Shown here one piece after another: positions 1 through 11,313 of a stretch of 64,000 nt of DNA (positions are counted from its first letter, which is position 1; each line of letters starts with the position of its first letter). The notes beneath the pieces were generated by a model. That model was not told the origin of the DNA and did not search any database. It saw only the letters and a list, made by a program, of their open reading frames with translations. The stretch covers positions 124,001-188,000 of the forward strand of contig NIVC01000557.1 in the NCBI GenBank assembly GCA_002269645.1, given 5' to 3'. Both the position numbers and the translations under genes were made by a program. This DNA is from Macrostomum lignano. Taxonomy: Eukaryota.

Positions 1-242
1 CGAAATTTAACGCCGGTTTTTATTGAATACAAGCACTATGTTCCTATGAATTAAAAAAAATTCAATGCAAATGAGTTTTTTAGACCTATTGTTAATGTAT
101 TTTTATGTATGTTGCTAAATGCATGAATGTGCAATGCTATCAGCATTTACTTTCATATATATTACTATACTCGTCGTATGCCGATATGTATCAAAGAATA
201 GTATATCTCAATGCATACAATATAAGCAAGAAGTATTTTTGA

Positions 243-466
243 GACGCCGTAGCCCAGTGGTCTGGTGCGGCGCTCTGATGTGCCAGCGGCCCAGGCTCGA
301 TTCCAAGTGCAGTCACATTAATTTGCGGCTAAATTGGAATCTCGGCTTGGCTCTGCTCGAGCAATTAACGGCCTTGAGGGCCAACCCCCCATGGCACAGT
401 GAAGTGTACATGCCTAACGATAAATAAAGTTAGGGCCGCTGTACACTCCTGTATGAGTGTGTGTGC
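243..466 (+). mobile_element. tRNA-derived SINE family 1, copy A (3'-short)
   Basis: A box TAGCCCAGTGG and B box GGCTCGATTCC. The body (…ggaatctcggcttggctctgctcg…acgataaataaagttagggccgctgtacactc) recurs at about 38.4, 41.8-42.06 and 50.8-51.2 kb. Confidence 0.8.
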
Positions 467-544
467 ACACAGCCTCCTGTATATAATATAAACACCAGCA
501 TTTAATATTTATACGCCGATATGTATCGAAATTACCGTATGCAG

Positions 545-3329
545 GTGGCTACCTTTCTGCAAAATCTTCACGCCTGGTGTCACGTGCTCGAACCGCGCGG
601 CTCGGCGCCGAAGCATTCGTTTGGCGTCCAACTATCCGCACTGGAGCTCAATCTGCAGTTCCTAGGCCTGCACATCCTGTTTGCACAGCTCAGCGGCTTG
701 GATGCCTCATTTCGGGACCAGTGGATTGTTCGGGACAGCACAGACGATCATGTTGGCACTCAGCGACCTCTGTCCGTGTCAGTCAGCGGTCACCTAGTCT
801 GGGACCAGATGCACCTGCTAATGAACCAGTACACCTCGTCTCACTTAGTTAGCACCTTCGATAAATTGCACAATTTCTACGCCACCTCTTTTAAGAAACC
901 ATTTGTTGAGCTTAATGACGAGTTTAAATTCACCATCGAAGAGCTGCCTGGCAAGAGGAACAGCCAGTCCAAAGCTGAGCACGGGGTGCATCATCGGCAC
1001 TGGCAGGTAGGGGCAAAGTTTTTTTGTAGCGAAATATTCATTTTTACTACTGTGTACACGATGAGTTTAGTTCAGAGATTATCCTTAATTTTGTCCACAG
1101 ATGCTAAAATTACAACTACCGATTACAAATTACAGAGAGGTCAAAGTCAGACGGACGAACCTTAGCCTAGGGGCGGGGACGGGCCCAAACTAGCTCAGCC
1201 AATGAGAGAGAAGTAGGGAGAGAGGTCAAAGTCAGACGGACCAAACAGCCTAGGGGAAGGCCTAATCTGGCTCAGCCAATGAGAGAGCAGTAAGGAGAGA
1301 GGTGAAAGTCAGACACAAGCGGGCAAGAAAAAAGCCTATCTGTTTATCGGCCTGGCTAGGTCGCCACCCCTTTTCTCTCTTGCTCGCTATGCACACGCAC
1401 TGGATTTGGCTTTTTCAAGTTTTCCAGCAGTTTTCAGTCTTAACTTAACTCACAGTTTTGTAAAGTTCAAGTCTGAGGCTGTCTAGAGTCGGGTAAAAAG
1501 AGGATGAAGATTCTGATTTAATGGATCAAATTATAGAAAGCCAGAGGCGATGAAACAAGGCAGATGAAACAAAGGTGTAGATAAGTGCATTTTGTGAGTG
1601 ACATATCTAGTAAATTATGGTAAATGTACTTTTGTCTGAAGAAATATCGTTTAGAGAAAAATTTAGTTAAAAGTGCCTTTGAGTATAATTTTTTATTCGT
1701 TGTTTTTCTGTCGTTAAAAATTACAAAGAAAAAGCTAATATTTCTACTGATGATAAGGTATAAGTAGTGTAATTCAGACGTGGCTTTTAATTTTCGGTGT
1801 AACATTTTTCTTTCATCTACTTATTAATGCAAAGCTGAGTAGTATAAATCGATTCACTCCATCCACGCACACTATTCAGCTGCCCACGATTGTCCTACAA
1901 AACGCGAAATTACGAATGGCGCCAAAACCGAACTCGGATCATCCGAATCTCTACGGCGAACTAAAAATGCACGGTCGCCATTCCGCTCTGGCACTGTTCC
2001 AAGGCGACTTCTCAGCCAGGCGTTGGGGTGTGTTTATGCTGCGCGATCTGCAATTGAGCTTCGAATCCGAGGCCAGGCACAAGTTCGACTTGGAGGACAG
2101 CCGATTGGACCTGAGACAGTTGGATCTGTGCATCAATCAGCAGTTAAAATGCTCACTTGGCGGCGATATTCGACAGGATCGAAGCCAGAAAATTCTAGCC
2201 GTAATTGCCTGTGTTAGCAATCAGAATAACAAGCATCCGTCACTGACTAACGCGGTTGCTAGGCAGTGGTTTCAGTATAGCATCGGCTGCGTCTGCTCCG
2301 AGGATATGCAGGTGAGGCTTTGGCGCTTATGTGCTTGTTGTTTTTTATATTAGCCGATATGTATCGAATTACACATAACCACAGTCTACATATTTTTTTA
2401 TATATTAGCTGATATATATCGAAGTAAACGTAACCGCAGTTTACATATACAGTAGTTGCTTTTCATATTAGCCGATATGTATCGAAGTACACATAATCAC
2501 AGTCTACATATAGTTGTTTTTTATATTAGCCGATTTGTATAAAAGTACACATAACCCCAGTATACATATTGTTTTTTATATTAGCCGATATGTATCGAAA
2601 ATAACTTTTTTTAAAATTCTCTATCCACGCTACTCCCTCTAGGCCTTCCCCAAGCTGGAGTACATCAATCCGCCAGAGCTGGCCGGCCGAGCGCCCGCCA
2701 GTTTCCCGGTCACGCCGGAGTACATCTTCCGCTTGCCGCAGCTGCAGATTGTCCTCATCACGGATCACGATCAGACATACGCTGTGCCCCGTCTAGACGG
2801 CGATCGGCCAGTGGTGCAGTGCACTTTTATCGGCTCCAGCACCGGCAACATTATCTATAGCAACAATAGCCAGCACCTGCTGTTCCTTCGCGATCTAATT
2901 CTGGACAGCATTGGCGAGACTCGGTCGGCTCGAAGCGCCAAAGAATCGGACGAGGGTGCCTCTGCAGAGGCCGCCGACGCCACCAGCACGCAGAGTCCGT
3001 TGCTGCGCGATTTTCGGGCCTTTCAAACTCGCCAATTCGATAGCACGTTTCGTATTCGAACCCAGGAGACTAGCTCCTCGAATATTGTTGTGCTGGACTA
3101 TATATTGAACAATATCGGTATTAAGCACTTCAAAGAGACCATACCGAAATGGATTCAACGGGGCCTGATGGACAATCTGGATTCGGTGCTGGCCGGCCTC
3201 ATGCACAAATCCATTGACTACATGACCGAGGGCGGCTGTCAGGAGGACGAGGAAGAGCTGCTGGGCTCCGCCGCTGCTTCAAGCGTTGCCACTTCGTCGC
3301 TGGCTACTGCTGTTGTGAAATCGAAATGA
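545..3329 (+). CDS. BLTP1: 3' end of BLTP1/KIAA1109/Tweek/Csf1 bridge-like lipid transfer protein. Last three exons: 545-1006, 1880-2311, 2643-3329 (stop).
   Basis: All junctions are GT-AG and phase 0. Motifs match the remembered KIAA1109 C-terminus: GVHHRHWQ (HHRHWP), GELKMHGRHSALALFQG, PEYIFRLPQLQ, and DYILNNIGIKHFKETIPKWIQRGLMDNLDSVL (human VDYILQKLGFHHARTTIPKWLQRGVMDPLDKVL). Upstream exons lie outside the window. Confidence 0.9.
1135..1420 (+). repeat. CCAAT-bearing repeat element, copy 1 (~85-bp subunits plus a unique end)
   Basis: Subunits contain ctcagccaatgagagag…ggagagaggtcaaagtcagac and are followed by cacaagcgggcaag…gcactggatttggctt. An inverted copy lies at 4510-4895. Confidence 0.7.
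2345..2600. repeat. Intronic ~60-bp tandem repeat (attagccgatatgtatcgaa…)
   Basis: About five diverged units lie in the last BLTP1 intron. Confidence 0.8.
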
Positions 3330-4260
3330 TTTGTTTTTTACTAATTTAGACTAGGCCTCGCTAACTGCACTACTTGTCAGTAGGATGTCTTGGATTTGCT
3401 CATTTAAAATCCTTGAAAAGTAATAGAAAGATCGTCTGTTTATACCAGAAATATCATTCGAAAATCGCTAATAATACTACTTGTGAGTTGCAATTTTATA
3501 GTAGCATAATATGAATTTTAAGAAAATTTAAATTTGATTTCATAAATTTTAGCGACTACTTAAAATGTGCATATTAGTAGCAAAATACGCATTTTAAGAC
3601 ATAAATATTCAATTTCATAAATAATTAGCGATTTTACGAGCTGTTATATTAGGATATAATAAGCAAAATTGACCAGTATTTGAATGCTATTATTATTTAA
3701 CTTATTTAATATGTGAACGCCAAAAGTTAAAGTTCTATATTTCATACGTGATATTTACTGCTTGTGTTTTATGATTTCGCAAATGCTACTACTACTATAC
3801 TGCAGTAGTATGATTTATCGGTGATAAACGTAGGAAAACAAATTAGTTTTTAATTACTTAATTTATACGCGCTCTCAGTTAGACTATTCACTTTTACTTT
3901 CTCATTGTCATTGCTTGATTGAGTAATTTCTTATTGAATATTAATGTTAATATTTATTTACATAGCATATTTTGCTACTCACATTGAGTAGTCTAACGCC
4001 GCTTGTCAGTATCGTTACTTCGCGTACCTATAATCTATTAAAAGTTTTGCTTAGGTACCTTTACTGTTTTAAAACTGCGTTGCTTGTGTTTCAGAATTGT
4101 TGGTGAATTCTGACACGTTATAATGACATGGCAATATTATTTAAAATGCTGTCTGTATATGGAAAAAATAAAAATACTTCAATATAAATTTTGCCTCTTC
4201 GTTGGCAATAATTCTTTTTTATTGATCAAAATTTTGCCGAAATATCGCCTTAAACGTTTC

Positions 4261-4385
4261 AAAAGCGAGTAGGGTTGTCTTTGTCTTTCTGTGGGGTCGA
4301 GCTCGCGTACTAACCACGACCAAGTCTGCTTAACTTAGGAGGTGTTGGCCCTGAATACCCTCGATTTTAGTGGTGATCCGACGAC
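4261..4385 (-). pseudogene. Degenerate 5S rRNA-like sequence (5S pseudogene or SINE3-type head)
   Basis: On the minus strand, counting from 4385, AAGTTAAGCAG is at position 50, TGGTTAGTAC at position 70, and the sequence ends GCTTTT at about 120-125. This matches eukaryotic 5S spacing, but the C box is degenerate. Confidence 0.5.
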
Positions 4386-4509
4386 TGGTTTCGCGAGGTT
4401 TAGTCAGTTACCAGAACAACTAGTTATGTCGCACATAAAAATGCGCTTTTTTATTTGCTCTTTTCAGTAGCAGCAATAGCGTTTTAAGATTGAAGAATGC
4501 AAGAAAACT

Positions 4510-4895
4510 TAACGAAAGCCAAATCCAGTGCGCGTGGATAGCGAGCGAAAGAGAAGAGGGGTGGCATTCCAGGCCCCAGCCAGGGCGATTAACAGTTTGG
4601 CTTTCCTCTTGCCCGCTTGTGTCGGACTTTAACCTTTCTCCTTACTGCTCTCTCATTGTCTGAGATAGATTGGGCCATGCCCCCAAACATCTGACTGACC
4701 TCTCTCTCCCTACTGCTCTCTTATTGGCTGAGCTAGATTGGGCCATGCCCCCAAACATCTGACTGACCTCTCTCTCCCTACTGCTCTCTTATTGGCTGAG
4801 CTAGATTGGGCCTTGCCCACACACATCTAACTTTGACTTCTCTCCTTACTGCTCTCTCATTGGCTGAGCTAGATTAGGCCTGTCCCCTAGGCTGT
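4510..4895 (-). repeat. CCAAT-bearing repeat element, copy 2 (inverted relative to copy 1)
   Basis: aagccaaatccagtgc…cttgcccgcttgtgtc is followed by about four units of ctactgctctctcattggctgagctagatt, the reverse complement of 1135-1420. Confidence 0.7.
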
Positions 4896-4999
4896 GTTTC
4901 CGTGTTGCGTTCACTCGTGACACTGCGCAGGCAAACTACTGAATAAGAGTATAGACGCTCTGCCTCCCCCCCCCCCAAGTTCAATTGCGCGTGGCGGGA

Positions 5000-5555
5000 G
5001 CACGAGAAATGCCCGCAGACGAATTGCCCGCCGAGATTTGCCCGCAGACGAATTGCCCGCCGAGATTTGCCCGCAGGAGATTTGCCCGTGGAGATTTGCC
5101 CGCCGAGCTTTTCCCGCGGAGATTTGCCCGCAGTGCATTTTGCCCGTGAGCGAATTGCCCGTGGAGATTTGCCCGCAGTGCAATTTGCCCGCGAGCGAGT
5201 TGCCCGCCGAGTTTTTTCCCGCCGAGGTTTACCCGCAATGCTTTTTTCCTGCAGCGCATTTGGCAGCTAGATTCTGTCTGCATTGCCCCCCCCCCCCAAA
5301 AAATATGCATTTGATATGCAGTTACGATCAAAACGTTTTGATCGTGTAAATCTCTTTATTGAGATTAACACGTACTAAGCATTGGGAAGGCAATGCAGAC
5401 AAAATCTGCCGCGTGGCCAAATGCGCTGCAGGAAAAAAGCATTGCGGGCAAACCTCGGCGGGAAAAAACTCGGCTGGCAACTCGCTCGCGGGCAATTCAC
5501 TCGCGGGCAAATTGCACTGCGGGCAAATCTCGGCGGGCAATTCTCATGGACCCGC
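5000..5555. mobile_element. Foldback/MITE-like element with long modular inverted arms
   Basis: The left arm of gagatttgcccgc-type subrepeats ends ttttttcctgcagcgcatttggc…gtctgcattgcc. The right arm is its inverse (ggcaatgcagac…gccaaatgcgctgcaggaaaaaa…gcgggcaaatctc). The centre holds a perfect 22-bp palindrome at 5324-5345. Confidence 0.65.
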
Positions 5556-6119
5556 GCGTGGCATATCTAGTTATTCTGGTCTCTGTGGGATTAATAAGGC
5601 TGCACATATAGTTCTACATGTAGTATTACAACTGATTAAAACTTGTTGAGCCTGAGTAGATATTATGTTGACTGTTAAAGTACTTTTTACACCTTTCATT
5701 TTATGGGCTCTACTGGAGGGCGAACAAAACGGCGAAGCAATTTGCAACCAACGAAGATTTTTGACTGCCTATTATATAAGGAAAGAAGCGTTTTTAGGCG
5801 CTTCTATTATCTGCAGAGCTGTTTTTTTGTCTCTTTTATTGTGCATAGAGAACGGGGGTTATGTTGTTTATTTCACTTATATATGAGTGCCTTGTACAGT
5901 AGTAGAGTTTGAGACAAGATCCCCTGAGGCGCTAGTTTCTTAAAGCTACTTAAGTCTTCTCTCGTTCTGACGCGAAAACAGCTATAGAATTAAAAAAGGC
6001 AGTTTTTACCTCAACTCTGCCCAGAAAGCCAGAAGCTTTCTTTAATTAATTCTATCATACAAATAACTATGTCGAGCCACGGGTTTAGTTTAGATTTTGC
6101 TTTTATTGCATCAGAGAAG

Positions 6120-6610
6120 CCATGAGTTACAGTGGCGCCAACCACAAGATGAGTTACAGAGGCGCCAAACAACAAGATGAGTTACAGAGGCGCCAAACAA
6201 CAAGATGAGTTACAGAGGCGCCAAACAAGATGAGTTACAGAGGCGCCAACAATAAGATGAGTTACAGTCGCGCCAACAACAAGATAAGTTACAGTGGCGC
6301 CAACAACAAGATGAGTTACAGAGGCGCCAAACAACAAGATGAGTTACAGTGGCGCCAACAACAACAAGATGAGTTACAGTGGCGCCAAACAAGATGAGTT
6401 ACAGAGGTGCCAACAATAAGATGAGTTACAGTCGCGCCAACAACAAGATAAGTTACAGTGGCGCCAACAACAAGATGAGTTACAGAGGCGCCAAACAACA
6501 AGATGAGTTACAGTGGCGCCAACAACAACAAGATGAGTTACAGTGGCGCCAACAACAAGATAAGTTACAGTGACGCCAACAACAACAAGATGAGTTACAG
6601 AGGCGCCAAA
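6120..6610. repeat. Minisatellite, 27-33-bp unit (gatgagttacagaggcgccaaacaacaa)
   Basis: Direct tandem array; the overlapping ORFs are repeat artefacts. Confidence 0.95.
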
Positions 6611-8164
6611 ATAAAAAAACACACACAGACCCCTAATGAACGCCTTTAGATGGCACGAACTGAAATTCTATTTAAATGCTTAGCCACTATTTTACTGTTG
6701 GTTTAAAAAATGTACTAAAAGCTAAAGTCACTATATACACTACGAGCTGCATACAGATATTGCCCTGTGCCCTCACCACACCGCGCAGACAGAATATGGA
6801 GTAGGGATGGAGATAAAGTGGAGAGCCAGAGCAACCACAGCTTATATGAGAGCTATATAGTTTGTTTGGATTTTAAATATATCCGAATTCTGCAGCCTAA
6901 TAATGCGTACACTGGTATTACACATGCGAGCTACTACACTAATATATAATATGTTGACTCGAAAACTGCGCAACCAAACTATTTAGACAAGCAGAAAGTA
7001 GAGCGGGTAAAGCATTTAAAATGTTTTATAATATATTGAAGGCAGCTATAGTATGTATGAGTGAGTTTTTTTTTACATTCATCTCAACATCAACTCTCCC
7101 TTCTGTTGTCGAGCTGAAAAATACTCTCATAATTGGCGCCGATGCATGTGACTCATGCCTGTGGGAGCGGGTCACACGCCTGCAGTAACGATTATAACAA
7201 CGATTATTACAGACGCTTTCTTTCTTTTTTGAAGGCTGTTTTAGTTTGTATGGCTCTCGGTGTTAAGTCACGAAGGTTGATCATTTTGATCATTACTGCA
7301 TGATTTTTATGAGCTCAAAAAGTTCAATGTCTATGGCCCGATTTTCATGGGGTTTATGGCCATAGATAAAATCGGTGGAGAAAACTACACTAATTGAGAG
7401 ATGGTGAAACAAAATTGCTCCCCGAACTCCGATAGCTAATTTCAGTGACAAAAAATTGCTTGATGAACTTGTGAGTGCGGCTCGAGCAGAGCACGCATGC
7501 TTTGGTTAATTTGGAATTAGGCAGTTCATTTTGAAAAAAAAGTATTGGGAATTTAGATAAGTAAGGTGATTCGCTTGATAATGCTGGTAGATAGGTTGGT
7601 AGGCAGAAATTAAACCACTTTAAAGCTCACTTTCAGGGAGGTTATTGACATAGATTTTATTTTGCGGGATTTAATCGATCACTTTCCCGGACATATTGCA
7701 AGGATTATTGTATGTATCTAAATAAGCGAGCTTCTCTCTTCTCTTCCTTCGTGACTCGAGAAATTTCGCAATGAAATTTTGTCTATGGTAAGAATGTGGG
7801 GGCTTCGTCCACACACCCCAGCAGGGGCTTCGCCCCCACACCCCATCCCCAACTTCAACCATAGACATCTAACAATCCAACTATCTACCAACCCACCTAT
7901 CTACCAGTCCAACTAGCGTAGATATGTGGGCTAGTATGGCTCCGGGATTTATCTGAATACATCCCACAAAATTAAAGTAGTTTAAATAAGATTCGGCTCT
8001 CGGGATTTAATCACATACCGACCTCAAACCCATAGAATATCTTATACGTAAATTTATGTTGGTATGCTGTAGGTAAGCTTACAGCTATAGCTACATTGGT
8101 AGATAAATAGGTAGATATTTTGTTTGGTAGATAGGTGGGAAGGTGCTAATTAAATAGGTAGAAA

Positions 8165-8580
8165 GGTAGATTGGTAGATTGGTGGTTGGTAGATATGTGG
8201 GCTAGTAGATAGGTGGGCTGGTAGATAGGTGGGTTGTTAGATAGGTCGGTTGGTAGATAGATGGGTTAGTAGATAGATGGGTTGGTAGATAGGTGGTTTG
8301 GTAGATAGGTGCGTTGGTAGATAGATGGGTTGGTAGATAGGTGGGTTGGTAGATAGGTGGGTGGGTAGATAGGTGGGTTGGTAGATAGGTGGGTTGGTAG
8401 ATAGGTGGGTTGGTAGATAGGTGGGTTGGTAGATAGGTGGGTTGGTAGATAGGTGGGTTGGTAGATAGGTGGATTGGTAGATAGGTGGGTTGGTAGATAG
8501 GTGGGTTGGTAGATAGGTGGATTGGTAGATAGGTGGGTTGGTAGATAGGTGGGTTTGGTAGATAGGTTGGAGAGTAGATA
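8165..8580. repeat. 16-bp minisatellite (ggtagataggtgggtt)
   Basis: Direct tandem array, with a short inverted copy near 7870-7910. Confidence 0.95.
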
Positions 8581-8860
8581 AAGTAGCTTAAAAAACGCAA
8601 AGAAGGTGAATGAAAAGATTAGGGAACACTATACAGTAATATACAGCATTGAATCCAAAAGAGCCTTAGGCAAAATTCTCAAACCAGATGTTGCAGTGCC
8701 CAGCAGTAACGCCCTTTCTTTAAAATTCATTGGCTGTCAAAAAGCTGCCCGCCAACTCAAATAGAGGGCGCGCTGGTTCGTGGTAAGCATTTTAAGCCCT
8801 TGTTAAAACTCGCATAACTTGAGCCGCAGCAGTTGCAGCAGATTATTAACAAAATTCACG

Positions 8861-11181
8861 ATGACAGCTACAGAGGGAGACTCCGAGCCCCCAGCAACGC
8901 AGCAGCTGGCCCGCAGCAGCTTTTCAGCGACCTCCGACTCAAGAGTCGACGAAGCCGACGATGCGGAAGAGCGACTGCGTCGGCGCTATCTCGACCTGTC
9001 CTGCGCCAGCGCGCACATGCGGCGCGGGAACCTCGTCGCCGCGGAGTCGCTCTACCGTCGGGTGCTTGCCGACGTCTTCATCGATGACGCCGACGCGAAT
9101 GGCGACGCTGACGACCAGCTGGCGTTCGGCGTCGAAGCTCGACTCGGCCTGGTTGAGATCGACCTCGCCAGATTGCGCGACGACGCTTCGACCGATGAGG
9201 ATTCGAGCAGCGGCGCCGACGACAATCACCGACGCCTCATGGGCCGCTGCCGCCTGCTGCTGCGCGCTCTGTCGCACGCGCACGCCGCTCAGGACGCGCT
9301 GAGCCGGTCAAGCGTCTCCCGGCGCCGGCTGCAGCTGCGCCTGCTACTCGGCAGCGTCGACATTAAACGACGCCTGATGGAGGCCCGGCTGCAGGCGCTG
9401 CTCCGACAGGCTGTCGGCGGAGCGTCGACGACAACTTCAAGTCGTCGGAGTAGTCGCCCGGCTCAGAGACGCCGGCTGAGTCAGGGCGGCGCCGACGTCG
9501 CTGCAGGTCAAGGCGGCCGTCAGGCGGAGGCGGAGAAGCGACCCGCAGCTTTCACCGGAGCCGCTGTCAGGCGGTCGCCTTCGCTGCAGCAGCGCCACCT
9601 TCAGCAGCAGCAGCAGCAGCAGCTTCGCAATCGGCGACGCCATCAGCGAAACGCATCAACTCTGGCCGACTTCGTCCGCCAGCTGCGCGACTTTCTGGTA
9701 GCCAGCGGCAGCAGCGACGCTAAAAATGCTGGCGGCGGAGGCGGCGGCGAAACCGGCGCCGCGGAAGCCACTAGCGGTGCCGAAGAAAGCGAAGCGACGG
9801 AGACCACCGCTGCCGCCGATCCCGACCAGATCTCGGTTCAGCAGCTGGACAGCCTCATCGGAAAGTTTGTCGAGGACAGTCTGCAGCGGCTGAAGGACAC
9901 TTGGTCGCCGCCGCGCGATCTGGTCGTCAGCAGCCTTCGCCGCGACCAGTCCCGGCAGCACTACCTGCAGTACAGCCGGAAGTACCTCAACTTCACCCAG
10001 TCGCTCGTCAGCGACTCCGAGCACCTTCGCGACGACATGGAGAGCGCGGCAAGCGGACTGCTCGGCGACATCCGACGCCAGCGATTGGATCTGGCCATCA
10101 CGGAGCTGCAGAAGAAACTGGACGCCGCCGCTGATGACGGGCCCGCGTCGACTCTGCCGGTGACTGGGCGAGAGAAAGTGGCAGTCAGGCTGGGCCGCCT
10201 GCCACACACCAGCGACAGCAGCCGTCTGAGCCCCTCCTCAACAGGCAGCGCAGTCTACGACGAGAAAGACGTCGCTGCGATGCTGAAGACACTTCTGCGC
10301 AGCCTCCTGGACATATCCCAGTCAGCCATGGACTCCGACCAGCTGTCCGAAGCTGCCGAACTATTCGAAGCCTGTCTGGATCTCTGCCGATCGTTGAGTC
10401 GTCAACTCGGCGACACCAAAGTTGAGCGCTACGAGGCGCCGAAAATTCATCGCCAATTAGGCGCCATTCACTGCCGCCTTGGCGACCGGAGGCGCGGCGT
10501 CAGCATGATGATCTTCGCGGCTGATCTGTTCGAGCAGCGCCTGAGAGAATCCGCGACCAGCTTAGCGACGTCAGCAGCGGACGACGATGCTGGCGATAAT
10601 GACGAAGCCGAAGAGCTGGGACGGCGCGGCACCCTGGGCCTGGCCGAGACCTGGTACGACATCGGCTGCGTTCTGCTCGGTGCCAGCGGCGAGGGCAGAT
10701 GTGGCGAGCGGCTGCTGGACTGTCTGAGCGAGCGCCTTCGCCACCGGTGCCTCGTCGACCTGCTGTTGCAGCTGCCGACGTCGCAGCAGCAGGCGCTTGT
10801 CTCGTCGGCGTCGACAATGTCTACAGACGCTACCGACGCTTTGAAAGCCTTCGCAAGGTGTCGAGATCTGCTAGCCGGCGAGGCCAGGAGACGAAGTGGC
10901 GTTCGGGGACATCGGCAGCAGCAGCTGGGTGAGGTGGAGGTCAGAGTGACAGCCCGGCTGGCCGACTGCTGCTTCTTGGCCGGACGGTTGAAACGGGCGC
11001 AGGGATTCTACGAGGAGGCGCTGACACTGCTCGGTGGCGGAGGCGACTCAGCGAAGAGCAGAGGCTGTGGAGGCGGTAGGGTTTAAGACATAGAATGTTT
11101 TTTTCGATACATATCGGTGGTTAGATGTAGGTGTCTAAAATCAGTTAAAGATATACTGACACGAAATTGTCAACTAGGGTG

Positions 11182-11267
<86 letters not shown>

Positions 11268-11268
11268 A

Positions 11269-11313
<45 letters not shown>

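Noticed and set aside
243-320. tRNA genes at the SINE heads (also 16316, 38421, 41493)
   Set aside because: No closed acceptor stem, and each head continues into a shared SINE body.
119-427. ORFs over SINE1 copies (…[14 protein letters not shown]…; also 38435, 41365, 50990)
   Set aside because: They are translations of the same non-coding SINE body.
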